A DNA stretch of 64,000 nt from contig JAUVXX010000001.1 in NCBI GenBank assembly GCA_030603395.1, positions 29,822-93,821 on the forward strand, read 5' to 3'. The translations under genes and the position numbers were made by a program. The DNA is from a bacterium (GTDB lineage: Bacteria; Patescibacteriota; Minisyncoccia; Minisyncoccales; CG1-02-41-26). How positions within the stretch are numbered: the stretch's first letter is position 1; the number at the start of each line of letters is the position of its first letter. Under the pieces are notes generated by a model. It saw nothing but the letters and a program-made list of their open reading frames with translations. It was not told the origin of the DNA and ran no database searches. This document shows, piece after piece, positions 38,906 to 49,900 of the stretch.

Positions 38906-40054
38906 TTAGTTGATTTTACGAACTTGTCTCTTGTTTCTTGTTACCCACCAAATTACTCCGGCCACTATTAAACCTAAAATTACCCAAGGTAGAATATCTT
39001 TCCAGGTTATTTTGTAGGGCGGTACAATTTCTGCTGTTCTCTCGTTTCCTGCTTTGTCCGCTGCCTTCACCGATATTCTACTTCTCAAGCTCTGATCCTC
39101 TAACAAATAAGGGCTCATTGCTCTTTTGAAATCTCGTTTCCCTTCCTTGACTTCGTAGTGCTCGATACCTGAAGTTTTATCATCTGTCACAAACACTAAA
39201 TACTTCTTTCCCTCAATTTCAGCAATTTGAGGTTCAAATTCTCCTGGCGGAGTCGCATCAATCATCGCTCTAAAACTTATCTTCGGTCCCCATTTTCCGC
39301 GTTGTTCCGCGTCAATTCCGCGTTTTTCACGCAAATGAAAATAATAGATTCCGTCTTCTAACCCTTTATATTCTATATCTCCCATCCAAATTAATTCTCC
39401 CTCTGGTTTATCTGGTATCTCATCTGGTTCAGCTAAAGGGTCGTGGCTTAAAAGATAGCTGTATTCAGCTCCCTCAATTAAATCCCAGTGTAAGTGCAAC
39501 GTTTTAGCTTTGTACCATTTATTCTGGTCAGGGTGACTTTTTGAGGAAATTACTGGCAACCCTTCTGGCTTTTTAATAATTTCATAACTCCCTGTCAAAA
39601 AGGTTAATTCAGCTTCTGTTCCCTTACCATCATTTAACAAAACCTTGCAATCTTCTTCTTTAAATCTAACTTCTGTTTTTCCTACTTTCTCTGCAGAAAA
39701 ATTAATCATACCAATTGTTCCCTGACCATTAAATCCTTTAGGCACTCCACCAATAAAAGAAATTTCTCCTGGCTGGATTTTTGGCTCTCGAGCCCAAAGA
39801 GTTAAGATTGAACCCCCTTTACTAAAATCAGTTGCCCCTAATAAAGATGAGGGGAAATTTAAATCCACCTCAACCACATTTATTTCCTGACCTTCGGTGT
39901 CCAATCTTATCTCCGCGATAAAAGAGTCACCTGAATAAACAGTCTGATTTTGAGGCAATAAATATAAAACCGCTGCCTGAACAGAACAAGCAACAAGTAA
40001 CAAGTAACAAGTAACAAGGATTAAAAATTGAAATTTTATAATAGAAAGTTTCAT
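38906..40054 (-). CDS. Cohesin-domain surface protein
   Basis: LYLLP, INVVE, NDGKGT, SHPDQNKWY, C-terminal TM. Confidence 0.8.
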   Translation of the reverse strand: MKLSIIKFQFLILVTCYLLLVACSVQAAVLYLLPQNQTVYSGDSFIAEIRLDTEGQEINVVEVDLNFPSSLLGATDFSKGGSILTLWAREPKIQPGEISFIGGVPKGFNGQGTIGMINFSAEKVGKTEVRFKEEDCKVLLNDGKGTEAELTFLTGSYEIIKKPEGLPVISSKSHPDQNKWYKAKTLHLHWDLIEGAEYSYLLSHDPLAEPDEIPDKPEGELIWMGDIEYKGLEDGIYYFHLREKRGIDAEQRGKWGPKISFRAMIDATPPGEFEPQIAEIEGKKYLVFVTDDKTSGIEHYEVKEGKRDFKRAMSPYLLEDQSLRSRISVKAADKAGNERTAEIVPPYKITWKDILPWVILGLIVAGVIWWVTRNKRQVRKIN

Positions 40055-40104
40055 TTTTCAGTTGATTTTACGAACTTGTCTCCTGTCCTTTGTCTCCTGT
40101 CTCT
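40044..40104. repeat. 61-bp direct repeat, copy 2
   Basis: Matches 37556-37616. Confidence 0.9.
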
Positions 40105-41011
40105 ATTCGGTCCAATAGTACATCATTATTGAGAAGTCCACTAAATCTACGATACCATCAAAGTTGATATCTGCACAACGATTAGCAGGCCTGGTTTGTC
40201 CCCAGAAATAAAGGAGAATTGAAAAATCAATCAAATCGATTCTCCCATCAAAATTCAAATCCGCTCCTTGACAGACTAAGGCTCCGGGAGCCAAAACTAA
40301 AAAAGAAAGAGTTTGAGAAAATGGGCTTTGTTCTCCGTCTCCAAAGAGAGCTTTGGCTCTTGCTTTATGTTCCCTTTCTTCCAAGGATGCTGTATTTAAT
40401 TTATAAGCCCACTTTCCTTTTTCATCGGTAAAGGCTTCCTTTACTGTTTCTCTAGGGGAAGAAATAAATATATTAATCTGGCTTTCTGGAAATGCCTGAC
40501 CCAAAATATTAACTTTGTTTCCTCTCTCCACCTGAGTGGGAGTTAGAGAAATAGTAGGGGAAATAAAAATCCCAGATATAGTGGTAGTTCTCTCGGCTAA
40601 AATGCTAACAGTAAAACTTAAAGTAACTGATTTGCGACCTTTAGTATCTTCAGCCCAAATTCCAAAAGTATAAATTCCTCCCGGAATCCCAGTTAATTCT
40701 TTTTTAAATAAACCAGAGGACTTAGCAAGAAAAGTAGCAGTAACCACATCATTTCTTAAAATAGTTAAAAAGGCATTGGGGTAAGCCCTTCCTTTAAAGA
40801 CAATCTTTGCTGCTGGAGTTGGCACTACTGCTCCTCCTCCTCCTCCTCCTGTTGGAACAACCTCTTCTTCTTCCTCTTCTTCTTCCCCCGGAGCAACTTC
40901 CACTCTAGCACTTACCGAAATATCCACGGTTGGAGTTTGGCAATATCCTAAAACTGGAAAAAAAAGTAAAATTATTCCCGCTAATAAAATTATGAATCGT
41001 GTCTTCTGCAT
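40103..41011 (-). CDS. Secreted Ig-like protein with C-terminal dockerin-type double EF-hand
   Basis: ADLNFDGRIDLIDFSILL and ADINFDGIVDLVDFSIMM. Confidence 0.8.
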   Translation of the reverse strand: MQKTRFIILLAGIILLFFPVLGYCQTPTVDISVSARVEVAPGEEEEEEEEVVPTGGGGGGAVVPTPAAKIVFKGRAYPNAFLTILRNDVVTATFLAKSSGLFKKELTGIPGGIYTFGIWAEDTKGRKSVTLSFTVSILAERTTTISGIFISPTISLTPTQVERGNKVNILGQAFPESQINIFISSPRETVKEAFTDEKGKWAYKLNTASLEEREHKARAKALFGDGEQSPFSQTLSFLVLAPGALVCQGADLNFDGRIDLIDFSILLYFWGQTRPANRCADINFDGIVDLVDFSIMMYYWTE

Positions 41012-41082
41012 TTCTCTATTATATAAGAAAAATCATCCAATATAAACTGGATGACTTCTTGTCTCTTGTCTCCTGTCTCTTG

Positions 41083-42039
41083 TCACTGTCTCAATACTTT
41101 CTCTCCCCTAACCAAAACATTGAAAGCAGTCGCCCATCTCTTTCTACTTAAAATGAAAAATGCTATTACCGCCATTATCCCTACTCCAGCTTTCCAGGGA
41201 AAAGCCCAAAAGGTAATTACCCTTGGAACTAAAGAAGTGTTACTCAGTCCATAACTTCCAACCAGAGTAGCAGTGTATCTTCCCGCCCAAAGCCATTTTC
41301 TATCCCAGGAGGTTTCAATTTTTCTTACTGAATTTGGGAGAACATTTCTTTGGACAAACCCAACATCAGCCACTTTTTTTCCTAACCAATTAGTAATAAC
41401 TACAAAACCTTTTGGTTTAAGGTGAATTGTCCCTTTATTCTCAAATCTTATGGTGAAATTTATTGGACCATACTCGGAATAGTAGGGAGCAAAAAATTCT
41501 TTGACTATCAAATTTTCTTCAACTTCTCCTGCCACCGAAAGTAAAACCAGAGCACCCACTCTTCCAGCAACCCCAGCTCCCACAAATTCTCCTCCTACCA
41601 CGGCGGTGGTACCAGCTAAAATTGAGCCATAATGACCACCAGGTTCTGCGTTTTCTGGAACATTGATAGTAAATGTAACAAATTTTTGCTCTTTTGGTTC
41701 CAGGGTAAACTCCTCGGGTTCCATTTTTATCCATCTGGCAATGGAGTAAGTTTCTGTTTCTGCTGGTTCAAGTTTCACATGTCCTATCTCACCCATTACA
41801 GTAAAATCTTCTATTTCCATCTTTATTCCAATGGTAGCGTTACTTGGATTATAAACTTTAACTTGATTTGTAATTGCATCTCCGGGGTTAGCTGTCAATT
41901 CAAAAGTCAAGGGAGAAATTCCAACGCCAATTCCTTGAGCAAAAACTGAGTGGCAAAATATTATCCCTCCAATAGCTAAAATTGTAACGGGGATAAACCA
42001 TTTCATATCTTTATCGTTGCTGCTAACCCGTGCTATCAA
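41083..42039 (-). CDS. DUF916-like (WxL-interacting) membrane-anchored protein
   Basis: ISP..EL, VPENAEPGGHY, NKGTIHLKPKG, C-terminal PW plus TM. Confidence 0.65.
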   Translation of the reverse strand: MIARVSSNDKDMKWFIPVTILAIGGIIFCHSVFAQGIGVGISPLTFELTANPGDAITNQVKVYNPSNATIGIKMEIEDFTVMGEIGHVKLEPAETETYSIARWIKMEPEEFTLEPKEQKFVTFTINVPENAEPGGHYGSILAGTTAVVGGEFVGAGVAGRVGALVLLSVAGEVEENLIVKEFFAPYYSEYGPINFTIRFENKGTIHLKPKGFVVITNWLGKKVADVGFVQRNVLPNSVRKIETSWDRKWLWAGRYTATLVGSYGLSNTSLVPRVITFWAFPWKAGVGIMAVIAFFILSRKRWATAFNVLVRGEKVLRQ

Positions 42040-42662
42040 AAGCTTCCCGTTAAGGTTAAAGTAATAGTGTCGTAGTAAGTATCTGCTGGTGTGCTAGTGG
42101 CATGAATAGTTGCCTTTAATGTCAGGGTACCCTGATCAAATGCTGTTGCTGTACTAGAACTAGCAAAATTTTGGCTTGTCGTCGCTAACTGTCCTACACT
42201 ATCACCAACTACGTTATAAGGACTATAAATACTCATCCCGCCGGTAGTGGTAGTTCCCTGCGCACCATATCCCTCAGTTCCGGCTGTCAAAGGAGAAGTA
42301 GTTGTCGATATAATGAGATGTTCGGTAGTTGTACCCAAAAGTCCTCCAAGCACAGTATCACCCAGATCTTTTATAGTCAATGTGTACCCATTAGCTGCGT
42401 TGGTCTTTATGCTGAAATCATTAGTAGTAGCGTTAACACTGCCACTACTTAGTGTTCCAAAAACCATTGCTGTAGTTGATACATTTAACTCAATCGTTTG
42501 ACCAACAGTTGCTGAAACAGTTATAACAGAGGTCGTAGCAGCACTAACATAATCAACAGGAGCTACCTTTTCATGTATTCCTATCATTGCCACCATTACC
42601 AAAGCTAAACCAACTCCAATAGCTATAATTATATCGAGATTTCTTTTAATTTTTTTCGCCAT
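42036..42662 (-). CDS. Secreted Thr-rich WxL-like/fimbrial-type subunit
   Basis: Signal, VSATV, TNAANGY, EGYG, C-terminal TPADTYYDTITLTLTGSF. Confidence 0.6.
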   Translation of the reverse strand: MAKKIKRNLDIIIAIGVGLALVMVAMIGIHEKVAPVDYVSAATTSVITVSATVGQTIELNVSTTAMVFGTLSSGSVNATTNDFSIKTNAANGYTLTIKDLGDTVLGGLLGTTTEHLIISTTTSPLTAGTEGYGAQGTTTTGGMSIYSPYNVVGDSVGQLATTSQNFASSSTATAFDQGTLTLKATIHATSTPADTYYDTITLTLTGSF

Positions 42663-42848
42663 TTCTTACTTTAAATTTTTAAATTAGAAATCTATTATCG
42701 ATCTTTGGATTATTTTACTTTACTATAAATTTATTTTACCACAAAACCCTCTATCAAGAGAAAAAAAGTTTTCTACAGGTTATTTTATTATAGCGTTTAA
42801 TTCCCCCTCCTAAGACTGTCAACTGTGGATAACTTTTAAACGTAGGAT

Positions 42849-43964
42849 TCATGGTTTATAATTCTTTTTAACCAAAACCCTTGTTGCTAATTTTATCCGT
42901 TTTCTATATTTTACTACAATAAACATAATTAAGCCAATACTTACCATAAATCCGAGCCAAAATTGCCAGGGGAAAGAGAAGAAAGTTAAAACAAATGGAA
43001 TATTTGGCTGGAGAATTCCTGCAACTACCGGACTTTTTGCTTCAAGTTCTAATCTGGCTTGATATTTTCCAAAAAAGAAATTTCTTGCCAAAAAATTAGC
43101 GATTGATTCTGGCAGCCATTTCAAATAGCTTGGGATTCCTGCTGAAAACTCAATTGGGAATTGGCGAATTTTTCCCGGTAGAATTGTCCTTTGGGGAATT
43201 TTTGCCTCTCCAACTTTCTTGCCAAAAATATTATAAATTAAAACTTTGCCGAATGGTTTGATATGGTAAATATCATTGTTTTTTATCCTCAGCAAAAATG
43301 AGGAGGGAGATTTTTTAGTTATAGTAACTTCATTAGCAGCTTGAACCACTCTTCCAATGAAGGCAGAAGCAAGATTTTCCAAGATAACTAATCTCTCTTC
43401 TTTTGGTACAGAAAATTCAATTACTTCTAACTTTTGTTCAACTTCCGGCTCTAGCATAAAGACTTTCACTGAAAATAAAAACAAAACCCCAATCACTGGA
43501 ATGGCCCGGGGCTGGTCTTCCTCGAAATAAAAAGATGGTAACTGAGGCTCAAAAAGCATAACAGAATAATGACCACCTGGTTCTGCGTTTTCTGGAACAG
43601 AAATTGTAAAATTAACTTTCTCTGTTTCGCCAGAATCCAAAATAAAATTCGGCTTCTCAATCCTGAACCACTTCCGAGAAGCAAAAGATGAATCTTGGGA
43701 AGATTCATCAAACAACATTTCCCCTGAATCTTCGGCTGCCGTGAAGTCAGTTATTCTCACCTCTATTGGAACTGCCACCTCACTCTTGTTTGTGAGATTA
43801 ATTTTTTCAGTTATTTCCTTTTCAGGGAAAACATCTATTTCAAAAATCTGAGGAGAGACAGAGAAACCAATAGATCCAATTTTTTGAGCATTTACTGAAA
43901 AAAGGGGGATTAAAAAACTTACAATAAAAACAGGTATAAAAAGTTTTAATAATTTGCTGTGCAT
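42849..43964 (-). CDS. DUF916-like membrane-anchored protein
   Basis: VSPQIFE, VPENAEPGGHY, HIKPFG, FPW plus TM; paralog of 41083-42039. Confidence 0.65.
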   Translation of the reverse strand: MHSKLLKLFIPVFIVSFLIPLFSVNAQKIGSIGFSVSPQIFEIDVFPEKEITEKINLTNKSEVAVPIEVRITDFTAAEDSGEMLFDESSQDSSFASRKWFRIEKPNFILDSGETEKVNFTISVPENAEPGGHYSVMLFEPQLPSFYFEEDQPRAIPVIGVLFLFSVKVFMLEPEVEQKLEVIEFSVPKEERLVILENLASAFIGRVVQAANEVTITKKSPSSFLLRIKNNDIYHIKPFGKVLIYNIFGKKVGEAKIPQRTILPGKIRQFPIEFSAGIPSYLKWLPESIANFLARNFFFGKYQARLELEAKSPVVAGILQPNIPFVLTFFSFPWQFWLGFMVSIGLIMFIVVKYRKRIKLATRVLVKKNYKP

Positions 43965-46900
43965 ACGTAATACACTGTTGTGTTATATGTCCCAGGTGCC
44001 TGGGTGACAGCGGTAGAAACTTTGTAAGTAATTGTATGCTCACTTCCACTTGGAACAGCAGAAGTTTCATCAGCCATTGAGTCACCGGGAGTGGAGGTAG
44101 CAAAACCGGCATATTTTGTTGAAGTGGCGAAACGATTATCATAGCCAGGACCAAGAGAATTATCATCGGTAGTATAACCAAATCCACATTCGCTGTTATT
44201 CATGCAATTACCTGACCAAAGAGCAGGGGTGGAGTTAGCATAAGGCCATCTATCAATATAATTTGTTTCATCAAGTTTTAACCTCCCATCATTACTGGCA
44301 TAGGCTTTAACGGTGTAGCCACCAGAATAAGAAGTGGTAGCATACAAGATTGTCGTTCCGGTGGCGGTAAAATCATTTCCACTATCCAATTGCCCTAAAT
44401 TAACTGATAAAGAATCAACTGAAAACTCTAAATCAGAAGTCATGCCAGCATACCAAGAACCATTAGTTGGAGGTTCATTAACGCTGGGGTAAGGAGTATT
44501 CATAGCGGAACTACTACTCCTAAACCAATCTATTGAAATACATTTATCTACTCCCGAGCTTTCCGTGCTTGAAACTGAAGTAATATACTTATTCCCTTGG
44601 TCATTATAATAATCATAATCGCTATAACCCAAAACCGTAAGTTGCAAATTGTATTTGTAATAAGTAGTTGTAGCGCTGTCTTCCGAATATTCTCTAATTC
44701 TGATGGCTCCGTCAGTTCCGGGTTGAGGAATGGTCCCGGTGGCAGTCCCAGTAGCATAGGTTACTGTAACTTGAGTGGTTGAGGCATCTCCCCAGGCACC
44801 TCCTGACCACTTCCAAATTGTGGCATCAGAAGTAGAAGTGCTATATATAGTTGTCGTAGCACCGGGGACATCAGTGGAAGTAGCGTTGGCATCCACCACA
44901 TGAGCTCCCAAATACCAATCAACATTCAAAACACCATTACTGCTAACATTCTTGTCGTTCAAAGTGGTGTTAATCACTGTGGTAGTTCCGTTAGTAAAGT
45001 TTGGCCAGTTCCAGGTTGACTCTTGGATATTACAAGTACCCAAACAAGCAAAACTCCAAGAAGAAGCCGCTCCTTCGCCAACAATAGTTTTATCAGTAGA
45101 GATTGTTTCCCCGCCTTTAACATTTAGAGTTCCCCCTGCATCAACGGTAGTCGTAGCATTTTGTTGAATGTAAACCTTACATTGTCGATTACTCCCCAAA
45201 GCGGTTCCATCAAAGTCCTTGGTATATTCCCAATAATCAGTGATGCCGGTTGCTGTATGGAAGTCGCCCCAGATATAAAGATAGCCATCATTGCTGGCAT
45301 GGTCTTGTGAATACAAAGAGCCGGAAGAATCTACATCATAGCTGGTGGAGGTGGAGTTCCACATTCTGATATCAGTGCTTGTTCCAATTTTTAAAGTAGC
45401 GTAGGTTTCAGCAGCTTGGGTTGTTGAACCAACAGTATAGGAGGAAGCACTGTTAAGATATAAGGTGGAGTTTGATTGCCAATCAGTAACTGAAGGGACA
45501 GAGGTTGAGATAACATAATTACCTTGAACTTCAATAGTAATGGAGGTAGTAGCGACAAAAGAGGTAGCGTTGGTTATGTTCCAATTACTGGTGGAAGTAG
45601 CATCAGCAATTATGGTCCAACCACCTGAAGCATTGTCAAAAGTAACAATGTTAAAAGGAGAGTTTCCTGGATTAATGGTTTCTCCGGTATCTGAAGAATC
45701 AAAAGTAACTGTTCCTGAAGGATGATTAAAGATTCCTCCTGACTCTACTAACCAAGAGCCGCCAACATGGAGGGTAATATCAGTGGAGGTTGCGGTTCCA
45801 TTGGTGATAGTGAAGTCATTGTCAATATAGGGGTCAGTTCCAGTGGCGAAACTCCAACCCCCTCCTGACCCATTGAAAGTAAGGTTGTATAAATGAGAAC
45901 TACCCAAAGTTATAGTGTGACCAGCGGAGGTAGCAAAGAGTTTTAAAGTTCCATTGTTGTGTTTGAAAGTTCCTCCAGAAACATCAAAGTCACCACCAAC
46001 AGCTAAAGTTCCGGTGGTGGAGGTTGCTGTGCCAGCGCTAATGGTGAAGTTGTTGGTAGTAGTGGCATCAGTATCTTGGAAAGTCCAGCCACCTCCAGAA
46101 CCATTAAAAGTTAAATCATAGAAATCCGAACCACCAGCCGTGATTGTTTTGCCAGTGGTGGTGGCATCAAAAGTAACGGTTCCTTGTTGGGCGCGGAAAG
46201 TGCCAGAGTTTGTCCAAGAACCTGCAACATTGATGTTGTAATTGGAGCTTGAAGCATCAAGGATAGAATCTGAACCAATAATTAATAAATCTCCAGAAAC
46301 TTTGGTTGAGGTAGCGAGAGTGGTGGTGGCAGTTGAAGATTTTTCAAAAGTAAGAGTGTAAAAATCATGGCTATTATCTATGCCACCAGAATTAATGGTG
46401 CTTGTTGTTGTTCCGTTAAAAGTGGTGGTTGAATTAGCAGCATCAAAAGTAGCTCCGGTATCTACGGTCCAATTAGTTCCCAAATTAATTAGAGTTGCGT
46501 TACCAGCCAAAGTATCTGAAGCATTAAGGGTACCATTGATGGTAATATATTCTGTAATATCTAAATCATAACCTCTGGTATTTAAGGTATCGCCATTTTG
46601 AACAGTTAAGCTATCAGCTGTCATATCTGAACTTAAATTAGTGGTAGCTGGTGAGTTTCCAATATGGACATTGCCCAAATTATTCTTGGTAGCATTATCA
46701 TCTTGAAAATAACCGATTCCACTTCCTTCAAATATTAAAAGACCACTACTAGTTGCTTTAGTGAAAGTGGTGCTTGAAGCAATGGTGAAGCTTCTTGTAA
46801 CAAAGTTGTTTGCTCCTTGGCTGAGAGTGCCTTGAGTGATAGTGGTGGTGGCTGAAGTTGTCGCTGCATCCTGGAAAGTCCATTCACCGCCTGAACCATT

Positions 46901-49900
46901 GAAAGTCAGGTTATAGAAGGAATTGCCAGCGGTGGTAATAGTTTTGCCAGTGGTGGTAGCGTTAAAAATAACTGTATTGCTACCAGCAGTAAAAGTAGCC
47001 GTTGAGGAAGCGGTCCAAGAACCAGCTAAAGTAATAGTGCCTCCAGCTGTCAGGGTAGCTTCTGTTCCAATCAGTAAATCACCATCTGGTGTAGAGCTGG
47101 CATTACCCTCCAAAGTAATGGTGCCCCCCGGTGAATAAGAGTCTCCCCCCCAAACAATTAGTTTCTTATAAGGATTTAAAACTAAATTATTGCTATTTGA
47201 AGTAAAGAAAATATCTGTTGGGTCATTATCTCCATCCCATTGACCCAAATCAGCATTAGAAATAGCCGTCCCATCTTCTTCTCTTACAATCAGCCGATTT
47301 TGATAAAGATCAATATCATCGGGGCTGCCGCTGTTGTAGCGAGTGACAGTTACTGCCTGCTCGCCTCCATTAGTATCCAAATAAACTGTCAAAACTTGTC
47401 CGGCTGAAGGTGGGTCAATTCCGGAAACCGTATAAGTGCCATCAGTATTAGCCGTATTGGAATTGTCACCTCCTCCATCAACTTTAACCCGGACTAATGG
47501 CTGGGAAGCCATAGCTGTGTCTCCCTCATTAGTATAAAGCGTACCCGAAACCGTGGTGCCAACGATGGGTGGCACCCAGGTTACTTTCCAATCATCAAGG
47601 GTTGGGGAACTGGTAGCAGAATCAATAGTTAACTCTGCTTTCAAACAAATACGATTGTAAGTAGAAGTACTAAGCCCTGAAATATTTTTAGGACTGGCAT
47701 TTACATCAAAACCAACATCGTTGCCTGGAAGAGTACTGGTGGGAACAAGGGTATCGCAAGCTATGGATAAGGTATAATATACTTTCAACTTTATATCAGA
47801 GCCCGAGGGCTCATTAGTTGACCAGTAAACTTCGCCCCAACTTTCTCGGTTCGGCACCCAATCAAAATCAACTTCAGTTGACATCACGGTTCCTGAATCC
47901 GCTCGGATGGTAGTGATTCCATCAATCTCTACCGGAAAGTCGCCACTAACTGAACCGCCATCAATAGTAACATCGTCAGAGGCATTAATTTTAATCTCAA
48001 TAGTATCGCCCCCATTAGCATTAGAGGTAACATCTAAAACTACATACATGCACATAGCAGTAGTACTTGAAATCTGTACTGCATCGGTAAAAGTAGAGGT
48101 CCCGTTTGGTCCGCTAAATGTACTAGTGGAGCCAAATTGAGTTTCATCCCCACTATAACTCAGACCAGCACAATTATAAGGAGAGCTGGTATCCAAATCA
48201 TACCAGAGCTCAATATTATCAAGACCGGTCTGGGCATTCACGCTTCCGTATTCAGTAATGGTAACCGCGGTCATCGTGGCATTGCCATCATCAGTAGTTG
48301 TAGCAGTAAACATTCCTCCGATATGCTTATCTGTGTCTCCTACATTTAGATTGGCAACCTGGTTTCCGCTAGCGCCAATTGTTATCTCAGGACCAACAAC
48401 TTGAACCGGCACAAGCTCAATCGCCGCAATGCTGTAACCATCGCTCACCGCCTGGCTCCAGTTAAGATTATAAGTGCCGGTGGTAGTAGCTACGAGCTCG
48501 CTACCGGCATAAGCGGTGTCGCTATAAGAGCTTGATCCTGACCGAAAGTCCCAGCGCTCTGTCTGGCCTGAAGTGGGTGCATGAGGATAGGTATCTCCTC
48601 CGTCTCCTGTCACTGCGTCAATAATCAACGAATCGGCGTAGGTAGTAGTAAAGCTAAAAGAGATGGAGATCGTGTTGTTGCCAGTCTGAGTGGAAGTGGC
48701 TCCGATAGGGGTAGTCTGGTCTACTCCGGTGTAGGAGATGGCGACGATACCACTGTTGTCCTGGCTTGAAAGGTTACAGGTTGCGGTATGAGTGCCTGAT
48801 GCGCCGACTAGATACCAAACCGACACCATGGCGCCATTCCCTGAGATGCTGGCGCCGTCGATATTGGTAAGACTTTGCGCGCCGAAAGTGACACTAGAAA
48901 CAGTCTGATTCTCTCCGTGACAGATAACCAAGAGTAATGTGTTGCTGCCTGAGACAGTGTGGTCAACACTAATACTGGTGTGTGTGGAAGAGTCAAAGTT
49001 AGTGCTGGCAGTTCCATCAATAACCGGAGCCGCCTGCGCCACTTTTACTTCCGGCGGTACAGATGGATTTTTCCAAATCTGGGGCCAGCCAGAAAACATC
49101 CAACCTGTCACTATCAACAGAATAAGCAGAAAAGTTATTATTTTTCGGCCCCCTTCCCTTTTCTTCTTTTTAACAAAATAGAAACTAGCGAAGATTACCG
49201 AAGTTCCTGCAATAAGAATAACTACGATAAGGAGATCAGTGGCCCAACCGATACCAGTAGTATCTTCCATTTGGCCGCTATCAGCTTTTTTATCAGCTCC
49301 AGGTCTCGCTCCTTCGTAAAGAGCTAAGACGTCTTCAGTTTCCTCCGAGCTTGAAGACTGGACAATATAATAGCCCTCGGCTGCGAATTCTATTTTTGAA
49401 TAATTTTCAGGGGCATTAAATTCTAAATAGAACTCGTCCCCCTTTTCTATCACCAGGTAATTATCATCTGAAAGCAAAAGCAAACTTTTATCAGCGTCAG
49501 AAATTGCAGAAAGTTCAACGATGTTTTGGTCCTCACCATCTACTCTCAGGAAAATCTTGTCAATATAAGCTCTTTCGTCCATCTCTTCTGTAATTTTGAG
49601 CTTGATTTTACCGTCAATAATTTCTGTTTTTCCAGTAATATCTATGAAGTCTGTGTATTCTTTTTCTGGTGAGGTTGCCCATGGGATAAAGTCTGAGAAC
49701 TTAATGTATTGATCATTTTGATAGACATAAAGAAATGGTGACCATCCTCCTAACTTTACTCCATCGGTGGTAGTCACGGTACTGGTAAGGGTGTCAGTAT
49801 TAAATTGAGCGCCAGTGGTCTGGAACCATTGAGCTACCTCAAGCGTGGAGGAGACACTAATACTTCGTTTGGTAGAATAAGATGACCAGATATTGGTTCC

